A stretch of 41,259 bases of DNA from Minisyncoccia bacterium (GCA_049304335.1 JBAQOA010000027.1:1-41259), one strand, 5' to 3'. Positions 25,862 through 34,664 are shown, numbered from the stretch's first letter. Numbers and translations are program-made. Notes: generated from the letters alone by a model not told the origin.

Positions 25862-26809
25862 TTAAATAAATAAATATTCTCCTTTAACCCACCTATTTAA
25901 CACTTCCACGTGCAAATCATTTAGCCATCTTAAATTCTCTTTTTGCCATGTTGATCTCATGACACCAGCAAGGAAAAGTAAGGAATGAAGCTGAACGAAC
26001 TCTCGATCGATCTGTGATAATTTCCCATAACCAATAAAAAATTTTTCAAAAATTTCCATATTCGATGCTTTTACTTTTTGATCAATCATTAACCAGTAGA
26101 CAGTTTGTCCGATATCGGCCATGTCGTGGCCTTTCATGGAATTGTCGAAGTCGAATATACCACTAATCTCAAAATTTTCGTCGACATTAATGTTTGAGAA
26201 ATGGTAGTCCCAGTGAAGTGGGACGAAACGAAAATCTGGATAAGTGTCATAAAGATCTTGTAATCTTTTAAACTTTATTATCAGGAAATTCACTAGCTCC
26301 TTATTTATATTTTCTTGTGCAGCTGCTAAATACTTCTCGATTCGTATTTTTGTCCAATTAACCCATTCTTTTTGTGAAATTACTTCATGCTTTCCATGAG
26401 CCCAAAACGGCTGAATCTTCAAATCGTGAATTCTTTTAAGCGTTATTCCAGAACTAGTGAGGATTTTGTATCTGTTTTCGATAGACGCTGTTTCCCAAGC
26501 TTCAGAAGCTACGTTACCTGGTAAACAATCCATAACAGCCCAACCTCCATCGTCGTCTTTTACTATGTCGTGGATTTTGGGAGATGGCAGGCCATTTTTA
26601 CTTACATAATTTGAAATTCGTGCACTCTTTTCAATCTTTGCTTCAATTTTTTTAGGAAAGAATTTAATAGCTAAAGTTTTGTTTGGGTTATGAATCTCAA
26701 CTTTATACACACTACTAGTCAAACCTTTTGAAAATTTTATCACTGGGCCAATGACAGCATTTGGAAATAGTTTATGAACCGCCATTGAAGTTTTTTCTAA
26801 AAAATTCAT
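25862..26809 (-). CDS. aminoglycoside/choline-kinase-type phosphotransferase (APH family)
   Basis: 315 aa. The catalytic loop HWDYHFSNINVD fits the HxDxxxxN pattern, and the metal-binding segment is GIFDFDNS. Confidence 0.75.
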   Translation of the reverse strand: MNFLEKTSMAVHKLFPNAVIGPVIKFSKGLTSSVYKVEIHNPNKTLAIKFFPKKIEAKIEKSARISNYVSKNGLPSPKIHDIVKDDDGGWAVMDCLPGNVASEAWETASIENRYKILTSSGITLKRIHDLKIQPFWAHGKHEVISQKEWVNWTKIRIEKYLAAAQENINKELVNFLIIKFKRLQDLYDTYPDFRFVPLHWDYHFSNINVDENFEISGIFDFDNSMKGHDMADIGQTVYWLMIDQKVKASNMEIFEKFFIGYGKLSQIDREFVQLHSLLFLAGVMRSTWQKENLRWLNDLHVEVLNRWVKGEYLFI

Positions 26810-26811
26810 TG

Positions 26812-26882
26812 CGGGTGGTGAAGGAATCGAACCCTCGACAGCGGATTTGGAGGCCGCAGTTATACCATTTAACTAACCACCC
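26812..26882 (-). tRNA. tRNA-Trp(CCA)
   Basis: 71 nt. Acceptor stem GGGTGGT/ACCACCC, anticodon arm GCGGC-CTCCAAA-TCCGC, T-arm GAGGG-TTCGATT-CCTTC. Confidence 0.85.
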
Positions 26883-26905
26883 GAATTAAAGCGATTATAG
26901 CAGAA

Positions 26906-26928
26906 GCCCCGCGCATTGTGCGCGGGGC
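26906..26928 (-). terminator. GC-rich stem-loop after ORF 26934..27131
   Basis: GCCCCGCGCA-TTG-TGCGCGGGGC, a perfect 10-bp stem 6 nt after the stop codon. Confidence 0.6.
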
Positions 26929-26933
26929 TAGGG

Positions 26934-27131
26934 TTAGGCTCTTGGGTGCCTGGAATAGAAAAGCGCCCAAATGTTCACGCCAATGACAAGCAAAAGCGTT
27001 GTCACTTCCTTGTTTGGCGCGAAGCTCCAAAGCCACGATCTGATTATTGGCGGTGTTACCCAGTAACCAGCAGTGACAAAGAGCACGAGAGAGCCAATCG
27101 GTCCCCAAAAGAATCGACTCCTGTATCTCAT
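26934..27131 (-). CDS. small two-TM membrane protein (GC-rich islet)
   Basis: 65 aa. Strong SD (GGGAGGA) 5-6 nt upstream of the ATG. Two hydrophobic segments. A terminator follows. Confidence 0.5.
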   Translation of the reverse strand: MRYRSRFFWGPIGSLVLFVTAGYWVTPPIIRSWLWSFAPNKEVTTLLLVIGVNIWALFYSRHPRA

Positions 27132-27200
27132 ATCATCCTCCCACTGCTATTCTTTAAACACTTTAGATCTTTGCAGAAAATTCCGCAAGAAGGCAAATAT

Positions 27201-28055
27201 TCAGTGTTTTTTAAACCAAGTTCTTTGTCTTCGGGCGTACTGATAGATATCATTTTCAAGACCGTTTATAAAAGTTTTTTTGGTAATTTGTTTTTGTAAA
27301 AATTTGGCCAGCCATTTGTATTCAAGACCAAATGCCTCTAATTGCTTGTATGAAAGCCCAGATTTTATAAGTTTTTTACCCTCTGCTAAAAGGCCTTGAC
27401 TCATTCTTTTTACCAAACGTTTTTTTATGTTTGAGCGAATAAAATCAAGCGGTGCATCTAGTTCGATGACGAGTACATCATATGGCGACTTTCCCTGTGT
27501 TCGCTTGGGCACTTTGCCAAGTGCATCAATAATTTCTAAAGCTCTAATAATTCGCACTTTGTTTTTTGGATCTATTTCTTTTGAGCGCCTATTGTCCATT
27601 TTCTTAAGTCTCAAAAAAAGTTTTTCCACGCTCACTTTTGCTAATTTTGCGCGTAGTTTCTTATTGGCTTTTACTTCCGGAATATTTGATGGAAACAACA
27701 ATTCATCTATATAAAATCCTGTACCACCACATATGATTGGTACATTGCCCCTTCTAGATATTTCAGAAATTTTTTTGGTCGCAAGTCGTGTAAACTCAAC
27801 GACTGAAATTCTTTTTTTGGGATTAGCAATATCGAGCATGTGGTGGGGGACACCGAGCATTTCTTTTTTTGTGATTTTTCCAGTCCCAATATTGAGCCCT
27901 TTATATACTTGTCGTGAGTCTGCCGAAACCACTTCACCGCCAATTTTTTTAGCGACTAAAACAGCAAGGTTACTTTTACCAAGTGCCGTTGGCCCAACTA
28001 TTGCTATAACAGGTATTTTTTTCACAAAATAAGATGGGTATAGATTTCTATACAC
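27201..28055 (-). CDS. miaA: tRNA dimethylallyltransferase
   Basis: 284 aa. P-loop GPTALGKS, then SADSRQVYKGLNIGTGKITKKE and GVPHHMLDI. Confidence 0.9.
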   Translation of the reverse strand: MYRNLYPSYFVKKIPVIAIVGPTALGKSNLAVLVAKKIGGEVVSADSRQVYKGLNIGTGKITKKEMLGVPHHMLDIANPKKRISVVEFTRLATKKISEISRRGNVPIICGGTGFYIDELLFPSNIPEVKANKKLRAKLAKVSVEKLFLRLKKMDNRRSKEIDPKNKVRIIRALEIIDALGKVPKRTQGKSPYDVLVIELDAPLDFIRSNIKKRLVKRMSQGLLAEGKKLIKSGLSYKQLEAFGLEYKWLAKFLQKQITKKTFINGLENDIYQYARRQRTWFKKH

Positions 28056-28155
28056 CCCCTTTATAACAAATTACTCGCCCTTTGAGCGAGAGCATCTAAT
28101 TAAAACAGACTTGTGATCTTTTATCACATGCTTTTTGATTTTCACTTTAAGCGAG

Positions 28156-28214
28156 GGTATATAAGTTTAAAAGGATTGTTGCCCTTTTGTAGCATGCTTT
28201 TAAACTTATATACC
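28156..28214 (-). terminator. perfect 18-bp AT-rich stem-loop downstream of ORF 28225..28806
   Basis: GGTATATAAGTTTAAAAG (28156-28173) pairs with CTTTTAAACTTATATACC (28197-28214), with a 23-nt loop. Two further small hairpins lie at 28074-28090 and 28113-28127. Confidence 0.5.
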
Positions 28215-28224
28215 TGAGCGCCTC

Positions 28225-28806
28225 TTAAATAGTTCCTCCAGATTTAATAGTCCCACCAGCTGTAATGTTTCCACCCGTGCTAATAGTTCCGCCAGTGCCT
28301 ACATTGCCACCAGCATTAGTATTTCCGCCAGCATTTAAATCGCCAGTGGTGATATCTCCGCCAATATTTCTTAACTGAGATGATTTTCTGATTTCAGGAA
28401 TAGATCCGTCAGTTGCAGGGGCAGAGCCAGACCATCTATCTACATCAACATTGCCAGAACCGGGAAGTACTCCACCTGAAGCAGTTTCTCCGCCGTATGG
28501 AAGGATTATCACTTCATGACCGGTCTCTGGATCTTCAACAACATTAGTATCTGGATTAACGCCAAATACTGCTGCTGCTAAAAATTTCGTAAGGGTGGTT
28601 TTGTTTTGAGGCTCAACAACAACTTTTTTTGGGGCAGTAGTTGTAAGGTGGGTACTCGATACAACAGCAGAAACCGTAGATTTAATATTTACCGCTAGAG
28701 GAACGATAAGAATTATAAGCAAAGCAATAAACGCCTCTGCTCCACTATGCCAAGCAGGGGTAGAGGAAGTTGCTGATTTCTTTTTATTAGTATCATTATT
28801 CGTCAT
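28225..28806 (-). CDS. membrane-anchored surface protein with a C-terminal GG-hexapeptide repeat
   Basis: The ATG at 28806 gives 193 aa; the longer track ORF would run through the upstream terminator. One TM segment (FIALLIILIVPLAV). The C-terminus reads GGDITT-GDLNA-GGNTNA-GGNVGT-GGTIST-GGNITA-GGTIKS-GGTI. Confidence 0.6.
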   Translation of the reverse strand: MTNNDTNKKKSATSSTPAWHSGAEAFIALLIILIVPLAVNIKSTVSAVVSSTHLTTTAPKKVVVEPQNKTTLTKFLAAAVFGVNPDTNVVEDPETGHEVIILPYGGETASGGVLPGSGNVDVDRWSGSAPATDGSIPEIRKSSQLRNIGGDITTGDLNAGGNTNAGGNVGTGGTISTGGNITAGGTIKSGGTI

Positions 28807-28877
28807 ACACGCATTATACACCCACAAAATAGATTTGTCAATAGTAGTAATGTGGCTCAAAATATAGATAAAACAAA

Positions 28878-28902
28878 GGGCGCGGACTGGTAGTCCGCGC
28901 CC
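28878..28902 (-). terminator. intrinsic terminator of the receiver-domain gene
   Basis: GGGCGCGGACT-GGT-AGTCCGCGCCC, followed on the minus strand by TTTGTTTTATC. Confidence 0.75.
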
Positions 28903-28915
28903 CAACCATAAACAT

Positions 28916-29296
28916 CTAGAACAGTCCGATTTTCATGAAAGCAGAGCGCAGGTCATACTTGTCATCCGATATGCTGTCGCAACCAGCATCCACGAGCGCC
29001 TTGTTGTATCGTTCGTTCATTGAATTGGCGACGATGGGGCCAGTGAAAGTCCTTCTAAGCTCTTTCACAAGCTCAAGTGTGTCTGGTCCATCGGAACCTT
29101 TCTTGAGCTGGGCGTCCATCACGATTAGTGCGATGTCACTGTGCAGGGCAAACTGCTCGAGTGCCTCTTCAGCACTAACGGCACTGATGACCTGAATCTC
29201 GTCACCGAATTGTCTGTTCCAGAGTGCCTTCAGTGTCATCTGCACAATCTGCGCATCATCAACAAGCAGAATCTTTTTCGGCATATGGGTACCCAT
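28916..29296 (-). CDS. stand-alone response-regulator receiver domain (CheY-like)
   Basis: 126 aa. KILLVDDAQ (acidic pair), IALIVMDAQL (phospho-acceptor Asp context), GPIVANS. No output domain and no adjacent histidine kinase. Confidence 0.75.
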   Translation of the reverse strand: MGTHMPKKILLVDDAQIVQMTLKALWNRQFGDEIQVISAVSAEEALEQFALHSDIALIVMDAQLKKGSDGPDTLELVKELRRTFTGPIVANSMNERYNKALVDAGCDSISDDKYDLRSAFMKIGLF

Positions 29297-29361
29297 TGCT
29301 CCGTTAGAGACTGTTTCTGGTGCTATTTATACTTTTATAAATTAAAAAAGCAATTAATTTG

Positions 29362-29442
29362 TGCCGGAGAAAGGACTTGAACCTTCACCCCTTTCGAGAC
29401 ACGATTTTGAGTCGTGCGCGTCTGCCATTCCGCCACTCCGGC
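29362..29442 (-). tRNA. tRNA-Leu(CAA)
   Basis: 81 nt. Acceptor stem GCCGGAG/CTCCGGC, anticodon loop CTCAAAA, long variable arm, T-arm GAAGG-TTCAAGT-CCTTT. Confidence 0.9.
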
Positions 29443-29526
29443 CTGTGACAAAAGGATACATTTCTTTTCACAATTTCTCAACATATTTCGAAAGCTTCAA
29501 TGGTGACTGCGTGCTAAAATGAAAAA

Positions 29527-30447
29527 ATGCCTTTTTATAACAACGCTGTTTTTTGGATAGAACTAGAAAAAATAAAGCCAAATCCATTTCAGCCACGAAG
29601 AGAATTTTCAGAAGATGAACTAAGAGCTTTGGCCGACTCTATTCGCCAATATGGAGTTTTGCAGGCGCTTGTTGTAACTCGTAAAGAAATTCAAAAAGAG
29701 GACGGTGGACTTGGCGTTGAATATGAACTCATTGCCGGTGAAAGGCGTTTGCGCGCTGCGCGCTTGGCTGGATTAAGTCAGGTACCCGTTTTAATAAAAA
29801 CAGGTGATGAGTCTGATCTCATGAAGCTTGAGTTGGCAATCATTGAAAACATTCAACGCGAGGATTTGAATGCAGTAGATCGTGCCCGAGCATTCGATAG
29901 GCTTGCTAGAGAATTCGGTTTCAAACATTTAGATATTGCTAAAAAAGTTGGCAAGAGCCGTGAATATGTCACAAACACCATGCGCCTCCTCACACTGCCA
30001 GAAGATATTTTGATGGCACTTTCAGAGGGAAAAATTACAGAAGGACACACGAGGCCTTTGATGATGCTTATTGATAGACCAGAGGAAAGAGATACATTGT
30101 TTAGAGAAATTATTTTGAAAAAAATGAATGTGAGAGAGGCAGAAAGGATTGCGCGTTCCATTGCTTTTGAAAGAGCACGCAAAAAAGACTTAATGAAAGA
30201 CCCAGCACTTGCAGATATGGAAAGTAAACTCCAAGAGGCTCTTGGTACACGTGTTTACATAGAGCGACGTGAAAAGGGCGGGAAAATTTTAATTGATTTC
30301 TTTGATTATGATGACTTGGAAGATATCGTTCAGCTATTAGATAAAAAGAGGGCAGAACAGGCAAATACTTTAAATTCTCAAATCAAAAACGAGGATGCCG
30401 TTAGCAACGAAGACGGCGTTTACTCAGTAGATAATTTTAGTTTGTAA
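29527..30447 (+). CDS. parB: chromosome partitioning protein ParB/Spo0J
   Basis: 306 aa. ParB box LIAGERRLRAARLAGL and the HTH region. Confidence 0.9.
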   Translation: MPFYNNAVFWIELEKIKPNPFQPRREFSEDELRALADSIRQYGVLQALVVTRKEIQKEDGGLGVEYELIAGERRLRAARLAGLSQVPVLIKTGDESDLMKLELAIIENIQREDLNAVDRARAFDRLAREFGFKHLDIAKKVGKSREYVTNTMRLLTLPEDILMALSEGKITEGHTRPLMMLIDRPEERDTLFREIILKKMNVREAERIARSIAFERARKKDLMKDPALADMESKLQEALGTRVYIERREKGGKILIDFFDYDDLEDIVQLLDKKRAEQANTLNSQIKNEDAVSNEDGVYSVDNFSL

Positions 30448-30460
30448 TTATTTAAACGAA

Positions 30461-30487
30461 AGCGCCCCGACGGTATGTCAGGGCGCT
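30461..30487. terminator. stem-loop between convergent parB and ORF 30504..30791
   Basis: AGCGCCC-(13-nt loop)-GGGCGCT, with A/T-rich sequence on the minus-strand downstream side. Confidence 0.5.
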
Positions 30488-30503
30488 TGTGCGACGTTGG
30501 TGC

Positions 30504-30791
30504 TTAGAAGAAGGGAATCAGCTTGCTGTTGCGCTTGTCGATTATGACTGCGCCACAGGCACAACTGCGAAAGTGAGTGACATCGCAGATGAATCCGCCA
30601 CGGACGACCTCGTTCATTATGAGGTAATCCTTTTTCGTGTAGTGATGCTGGTGCTTGGCAGCCTTCACCACTCGGCCGGTGATCTTCTTGCAGGCCTTTC
30701 GCTTGGTTGTGCGATGCTTCACATGCTTTGGCTTGCCCCTTGCGGATACAAGCCTCTGGGCTTTCAGAACTCGACTGAGCGTCAGCGCCAT
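30504..30791 (-). CDS. small highly basic protein (GC-rich islet)
   Basis: 95 aa. AGGAGG lies 6 nt upstream of the ATG. The N-terminal half is Lys/Arg/His-rich. The C-terminal half has a Cys-x-Cys element (FRSCACG). No family recognised. Confidence 0.5.
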   Translation of the reverse strand: MALTLSRVLKAQRLVSARGKPKHVKHRTTKRKACKKITGRVVKAAKHQHHYTKKDYLIMNEVVRGGFICDVTHFRSCACGAVIIDKRNSKLIPFF

Positions 30792-30823
30792 ACGAGCCTC
30801 CTGTGTGTTCTTAAGGAAATCTA

Positions 30824-32995
30824 TTACTTATCTTTCTTTTTTGCAAATCTACCGCGCCCAACTTTTTTGGGTTCTTTCAAAATTTCGGTTGCTCTTTCAA
30901 GTGAGATTTCATATGGACTATCAGTCTTCAGTGATCTGAAATCTTTTTGGTGAACAATGTATGGACCAAAACGTCCAACACTAGCTGTTATTGGTTCGCC
31001 AGTTTCTGGATAATTTCCAAGTACTCTTGGTAGGGCTAAATATTTCAGTGCGTCTTCAATAGAAACAGTCGTAACGTCTTTATCTTTAGGAATTGATGCT
31101 CTTTTTGGTTTTGTTTTTTTACCTTTAACATCTTCACCGACTTGTACGTATGGGCCAAAACGTCCAGTTTTCACAAAAATTGGTAGTCCAGTTTCTGGGT
31201 CTTCACCGATTGGTTTATCTTTTTGAATTTCTTTACCTTCTATTGTTAGTGCGCCATCACAGTTGGGGAAACGTGAGCAAGAAAGAAATCTTCCACCACG
31301 AGAAAGCTTGATAATCATAGAAGAGCCACACTTCGGACAAATGTGATGTGCGTCCGCATCTCCGAGCGTCGTTATTTTTGCTGTTGTAGATTTTTCCTCA
31401 ACATCTTTTGAAAAAGGTTTATAAAAATCAGTAAGAGTTTTTTTATATTGACGAGTACCATCAGCGATTTCATCCAATTCATTTTCCATTTCAGCGGTAA
31501 AGGTGTCGGAAATATATTTTGCAAAGTTATCTTCCAAAAAGGTCGAAACTACTTCACCTGTGTCTGTGGGTTTTAGTGAACGTGCTTCTTTTGTTACATA
31601 TTCACGATCTAAAAGAGTTTTAATAATAGATGCGTATGTAGAAGGGCGACCAATGCCTCTTTTTTCTAGTTCCTTAACTAACCCTGCTTCTGAATATCTA
31701 GGTGGGGGAGTCGTTTCCTTCCTTTCAGATTCAATGGAAACAGTTTTTAGTTTTTCGTCTTTGTTTACGTGTGGCAAAATTACATCTTCGCCTTTTGCAT
31801 TTGGATCTGCTAAAAGCCATCCGTCATTAATTACTCGCGTCCCAACTGCTTTTAAGTCTGGTAAATCTTTGGCACCTACGATGATTGTGGTGCGCATTGT
31901 TTCTGCATCGTTCATTTGTGATGCCACAGTACGCGCCCAAATGAGTTTATATAATTTTTTCTCATCTTCAGCGATTCCTGCAGATTTCTTTTTAAAATCA
32001 GTTGGGCGGATTGCTTCGTGTGCTTCTTGTGCATTTTTGGACTTTGTCTTAAAAGTTCTAAACTGATGCATATTTGCGCCATATTCTTTTTCTACTGCAC
32101 CCTTTATCATTCCAAGTGCCTGCGAGCCCAAGTTTGTAGAATCGGTACGCATATAAGTGATAAGACCTTTCTCGTATAGCTTTTGAGCGATACGCATTGT
32201 GTTTGATGGAGAAAAACCTAGTCGTGTGGAAGCTGCTTGTTGCAGTGTCGATGTGGTAAATGGTGCACGTGGGGCGCGCATTACTTTTGTTTCGTCTACT
32301 GAAGACACACTCCAGTCCGCTTTTTTTCCATTAGCAACTATTTTTTCTACTTCCTTCTCATCTAAAATTTCATTTGATTCACACTCAAACTGTTCGTTCT
32401 TACCGTTCTTAAAATTTCCATGGATTATAAAAAAAGGATGTGAAATAAATTTCTTAATTTCTCTTTCGCGCTCTACTAATATGCGAAGTGCTGGGGACTG
32501 TACTCGTCCTGCAGATAGGCCGTAGCGCACCTTCTTCCAGATAAGCCCCGATAAGTCATAACCCACCAAGCGGTCCAAAACTCTTCTTGCTTCTTGGGCA
32601 ATCTTTAATTTCTCATCAATTTCACGAGGGTGCTTTATCGCTTCTAGGACGGCGTCTTTAGTAATTTCATGAAAAACAATTCTTTTTGGATTTAAAAGCT
32701 TTGTAACTTCTGCGATGTGCCAGGCGATTGCTTCTCCTTCACGGTCAGGGTCAGTTGCTAAAAGCACTTCGTCGGCTTTCTTTGCGAGCTTTTTTATGTC
32801 TTCAATAATATGTTCCTTTCCTTTGGAAATTTCGTAATGGGGAATAAACCCCCCCTCTATGTCGATGGCCTTTTTGTTTGATTTAGGAAGATCTCTTACG
32901 TGGCCGACAGATGCGACTACTCGATAATCTTCTCCCAAATATTTTTCTATTGTCTTCGCTTTTGACGGAGACTCAACAATTACTAATTTTGTCAT
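30824..32995 (-). CDS. topA: DNA topoisomerase I
   Basis: 723 aa. Toprim start LVIVESPSKAKTIEKYLG, active-site Tyr region ITYMRTDS, and C-terminal Cys4 zinc ribbon CPKCGS...CSRFPNC. Confidence 0.95.
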   Translation of the reverse strand: MTKLVIVESPSKAKTIEKYLGEDYRVVASVGHVRDLPKSNKKAIDIEGGFIPHYEISKGKEHIIEDIKKLAKKADEVLLATDPDREGEAIAWHIAEVTKLLNPKRIVFHEITKDAVLEAIKHPREIDEKLKIAQEARRVLDRLVGYDLSGLIWKKVRYGLSAGRVQSPALRILVEREREIKKFISHPFFIIHGNFKNGKNEQFECESNEILDEKEVEKIVANGKKADWSVSSVDETKVMRAPRAPFTTSTLQQAASTRLGFSPSNTMRIAQKLYEKGLITYMRTDSTNLGSQALGMIKGAVEKEYGANMHQFRTFKTKSKNAQEAHEAIRPTDFKKKSAGIAEDEKKLYKLIWARTVASQMNDAETMRTTIIVGAKDLPDLKAVGTRVINDGWLLADPNAKGEDVILPHVNKDEKLKTVSIESERKETTPPPRYSEAGLVKELEKRGIGRPSTYASIIKTLLDREYVTKEARSLKPTDTGEVVSTFLEDNFAKYISDTFTAEMENELDEIADGTRQYKKTLTDFYKPFSKDVEEKSTTAKITTLGDADAHHICPKCGSSMIIKLSRGGRFLSCSRFPNCDGALTIEGKEIQKDKPIGEDPETGLPIFVKTGRFGPYVQVGEDVKGKKTKPKRASIPKDKDVTTVSIEDALKYLALPRVLGNYPETGEPITASVGRFGPYIVHQKDFRSLKTDSPYEISLERATEILKEPKKVGRGRFAKKKDK

Positions 32996-33045
32996 CCCAT
33001 TTAGAAGTTTTTAATTAATATAATTTTATAGCTTTAATTCGACCG

Positions 33046-33103
33046 CGTGTCTTCCGTTATTTGAGTGTAATTATCCATCACAGTAAATTTCTAACGGGAC
33101 ACG
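33046..33103 (-). terminator. bulged 12-bp stem-loop between dprA and topA
   Basis: CGTGTCTTCCGTTA (33046-33059) pairs with TAACGGGACACG (33092-33103). Confidence 0.35.
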
Positions 33104-33150
33104 TTAAGAGCTATTAGTACTACACATTATTTTTATTTGCAAACTTTATG

Positions 33151-34029
33151 TTAATTATTTATTGCGATTTCTCCCATAGATTCCCTTACTAATCCTTTCA
33201 AAGATAGAGACGAAATAATTGCCAAGACAGTGCTTGCCGACATTGAGGATTGAGCAATTATCAAGTCGGTGCTTAGTGCTCCATCTTGTAAGATGTCTAG
33301 TATTTCCTTTTCTTCTTGTGAAAGGTTTCCAAAAAGTGTTTGCTGACCTTTGGTATTAATAATTTCTTTTTCCTTCAATCCCAACAAATTTAAAATATCC
33401 TGTTTTTCAAGTATTGCATGAGCGCCGTCTCGCAAAAGTTTATTAACACCTTGTGATTGGGGTGAAAAGATATTTCCGGGCACAACAGCCACGTCTCGAT
33501 TGTAATTTAATGCCAAGCGAGCTGTGGCTAATGCGCCAGACCTTTCTTTGGCTTCTATTATAAGTGTCACATGAGAAATGCCAGCTATGATTCTATTTCT
33601 TTGTAAAAAACTCCACGGTGTTGCACGAAATTCATCATCAAACTCAGAAAGTAGTAGGCCTCCATTTTCAATAATTTCATAGGCAAGCATTTGGTTTGTA
33701 CGAGGGTACATAACTCTTTGGGATAAGCCAGAACCGGGAATACAAATAGCATGTAGTCCTTCTTTGAGCGCGCATCTGTGAGCTGTGTAATCTACACCGA
33801 ATGCTAAACCAGAAACAATTGAAACAGGCTGACCTCGAAGCCAGCCTACTATCATTGCAATAACTTCTTTTCCATAAGGTGTCATTTCTCGAGAGCCAAC
33901 AATTGTTAGAAGTTTGTTCTCTTTCGGCGGTAAATTCCCCGCACATCGGAGTTTTGCAGGAGGGTCAGGAATCTCGTTTAAAAGTTCTGGCCATTCAGAT
34001 TTTTCTAAAATCCGAATTTCATAAGACAT
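33151..34029 (-). CDS. dprA: DNA processing protein DprA (Smf)
   Basis: 292 aa. DprA Rossmann-like core (IVSGLAFGVDYTAHRCAL...ICIPGSGL...RNRIIAGIS...ERSGALATARLA) plus a C-terminal winged-helix-like tail. Confidence 0.9.
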   Translation of the reverse strand: MSYEIRILEKSEWPELLNEIPDPPAKLRCAGNLPPKENKLLTIVGSREMTPYGKEVIAMIVGWLRGQPVSIVSGLAFGVDYTAHRCALKEGLHAICIPGSGLSQRVMYPRTNQMLAYEIIENGGLLLSEFDDEFRATPWSFLQRNRIIAGISHVTLIIEAKERSGALATARLALNYNRDVAVVPGNIFSPQSQGVNKLLRDGAHAILEKQDILNLLGLKEKEIINTKGQQTLFGNLSQEEKEILDILQDGALSTDLIIAQSSMSASTVLAIISSLSLKGLVRESMGEIAINN

Positions 34030-34045
34030 ATAAATATTTTATCAT

Positions 34046-34073
34046 TTGACACACAGGTTCATGTTGATAATAT
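34046..34073 (+). promoter_or_regulatory. near-consensus sigma70 promoter for the CYTH gene
   Basis: TTGACA (34046-34051), a 16-nt spacer, then TAATAT (34068-34073). GGAG lies 6 nt before the ATG at 34101. Confidence 0.5.
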
Positions 34074-34100
34074 CGCAGTTAGAATGTTCATGGAGTAGAA

Positions 34101-34601
34101 ATGACCTCTCATCTCGAAGTAGAACGAAAGTTCGTCGTTGAGAACTTTCACGCTGGCATGATTCCCGCGGACGCAGAAATGTCTGAAATCACTCAGGTAT
34201 ATCTGGTGAGTGATAACAGGGCAGTGGAGAAAAGGGTTCGCGCGGAGCTTGGTGCTCGGGTACGGCGCTATACCCATACCACCAAAGAGGATTCAGGGGT
34301 GGCAGGCATTCGGCGCGAGAGCGAAAAGGAAATCACATTGCCTGATTTTCAGACCTTCCTTTCTTTGCGTGATGTTCACACTCGCGCAATCGTAAAGCGT
34401 CGGTACAAGTTTCGCTCCGGCAAGCACGTTCTCGAGCTCGACGTCTACGAGTTGCCAATTTCGAATCTGGTTGTACTGGAAGTCGAGGTTGGGGCGCTCA
34501 ATGAGCAGGTCGAGTTTCCCGAAGGTTGGGTACTTCGTGAAGTCACCGGTGACTCCATGTATTCGAACCGTTCAATTGCCCTCGGCTCGGTGGGGCCGTA
34601 G
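34101..34601 (+). CDS. CYTH-domain protein (triphosphate tunnel metalloenzyme; GC-rich islet)
   Basis: 166 aa. The N-terminal ExExK signature is LEVERKFVV, and the alternating charged beta-strand pattern continues through the protein. Confidence 0.75.
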   Translation: MTSHLEVERKFVVENFHAGMIPADAEMSEITQVYLVSDNRAVEKRVRAELGARVRRYTHTTKEDSGVAGIRRESEKEITLPDFQTFLSLRDVHTRAIVKRRYKFRSGKHVLELDVYELPISNLVVLEVEVGALNEQVEFPEGWVLREVTGDSMYSNRSIALGSVGP

Positions 34602-34607
34602 TGGCAT

Positions 34608-34646
34608 GTGGCCGTCCTGCACTTAGGACGGCCACTTTCGTTTTTA
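34608..34646 (+). terminator. intrinsic terminator of the CYTH gene
   Basis: GTGGCCGTCCT-GCACTT-AGGACGGCCAC followed by TTTCGTTTTT. Confidence 0.8.
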
Positions 34647-34664
34647 TTTGGTAAACTAGTTGTT

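Noticed and set aside
25904-25915. parS-like sequence TTCCACGTGCAA, compared with the TTTCACGTGAAA core.
   Set aside because: It has two mismatches, is not a perfect palindrome, and lies inside the kinase coding region about 3.6 kb from parB. This is insufficient.
34608-34664. N-terminal extensions proposed by the ORF track: serS from 34608, dus from 38067, GIY-YIG from 24504, the GG-repeat protein from 28905, clpB from 21737 and pilin 4 from 14343.
   Set aside because: The extensions use GTG or TTG starts and run through intrinsic terminators, a tRNA fragment or the preceding gene. Internal ATGs give canonical N-termini.
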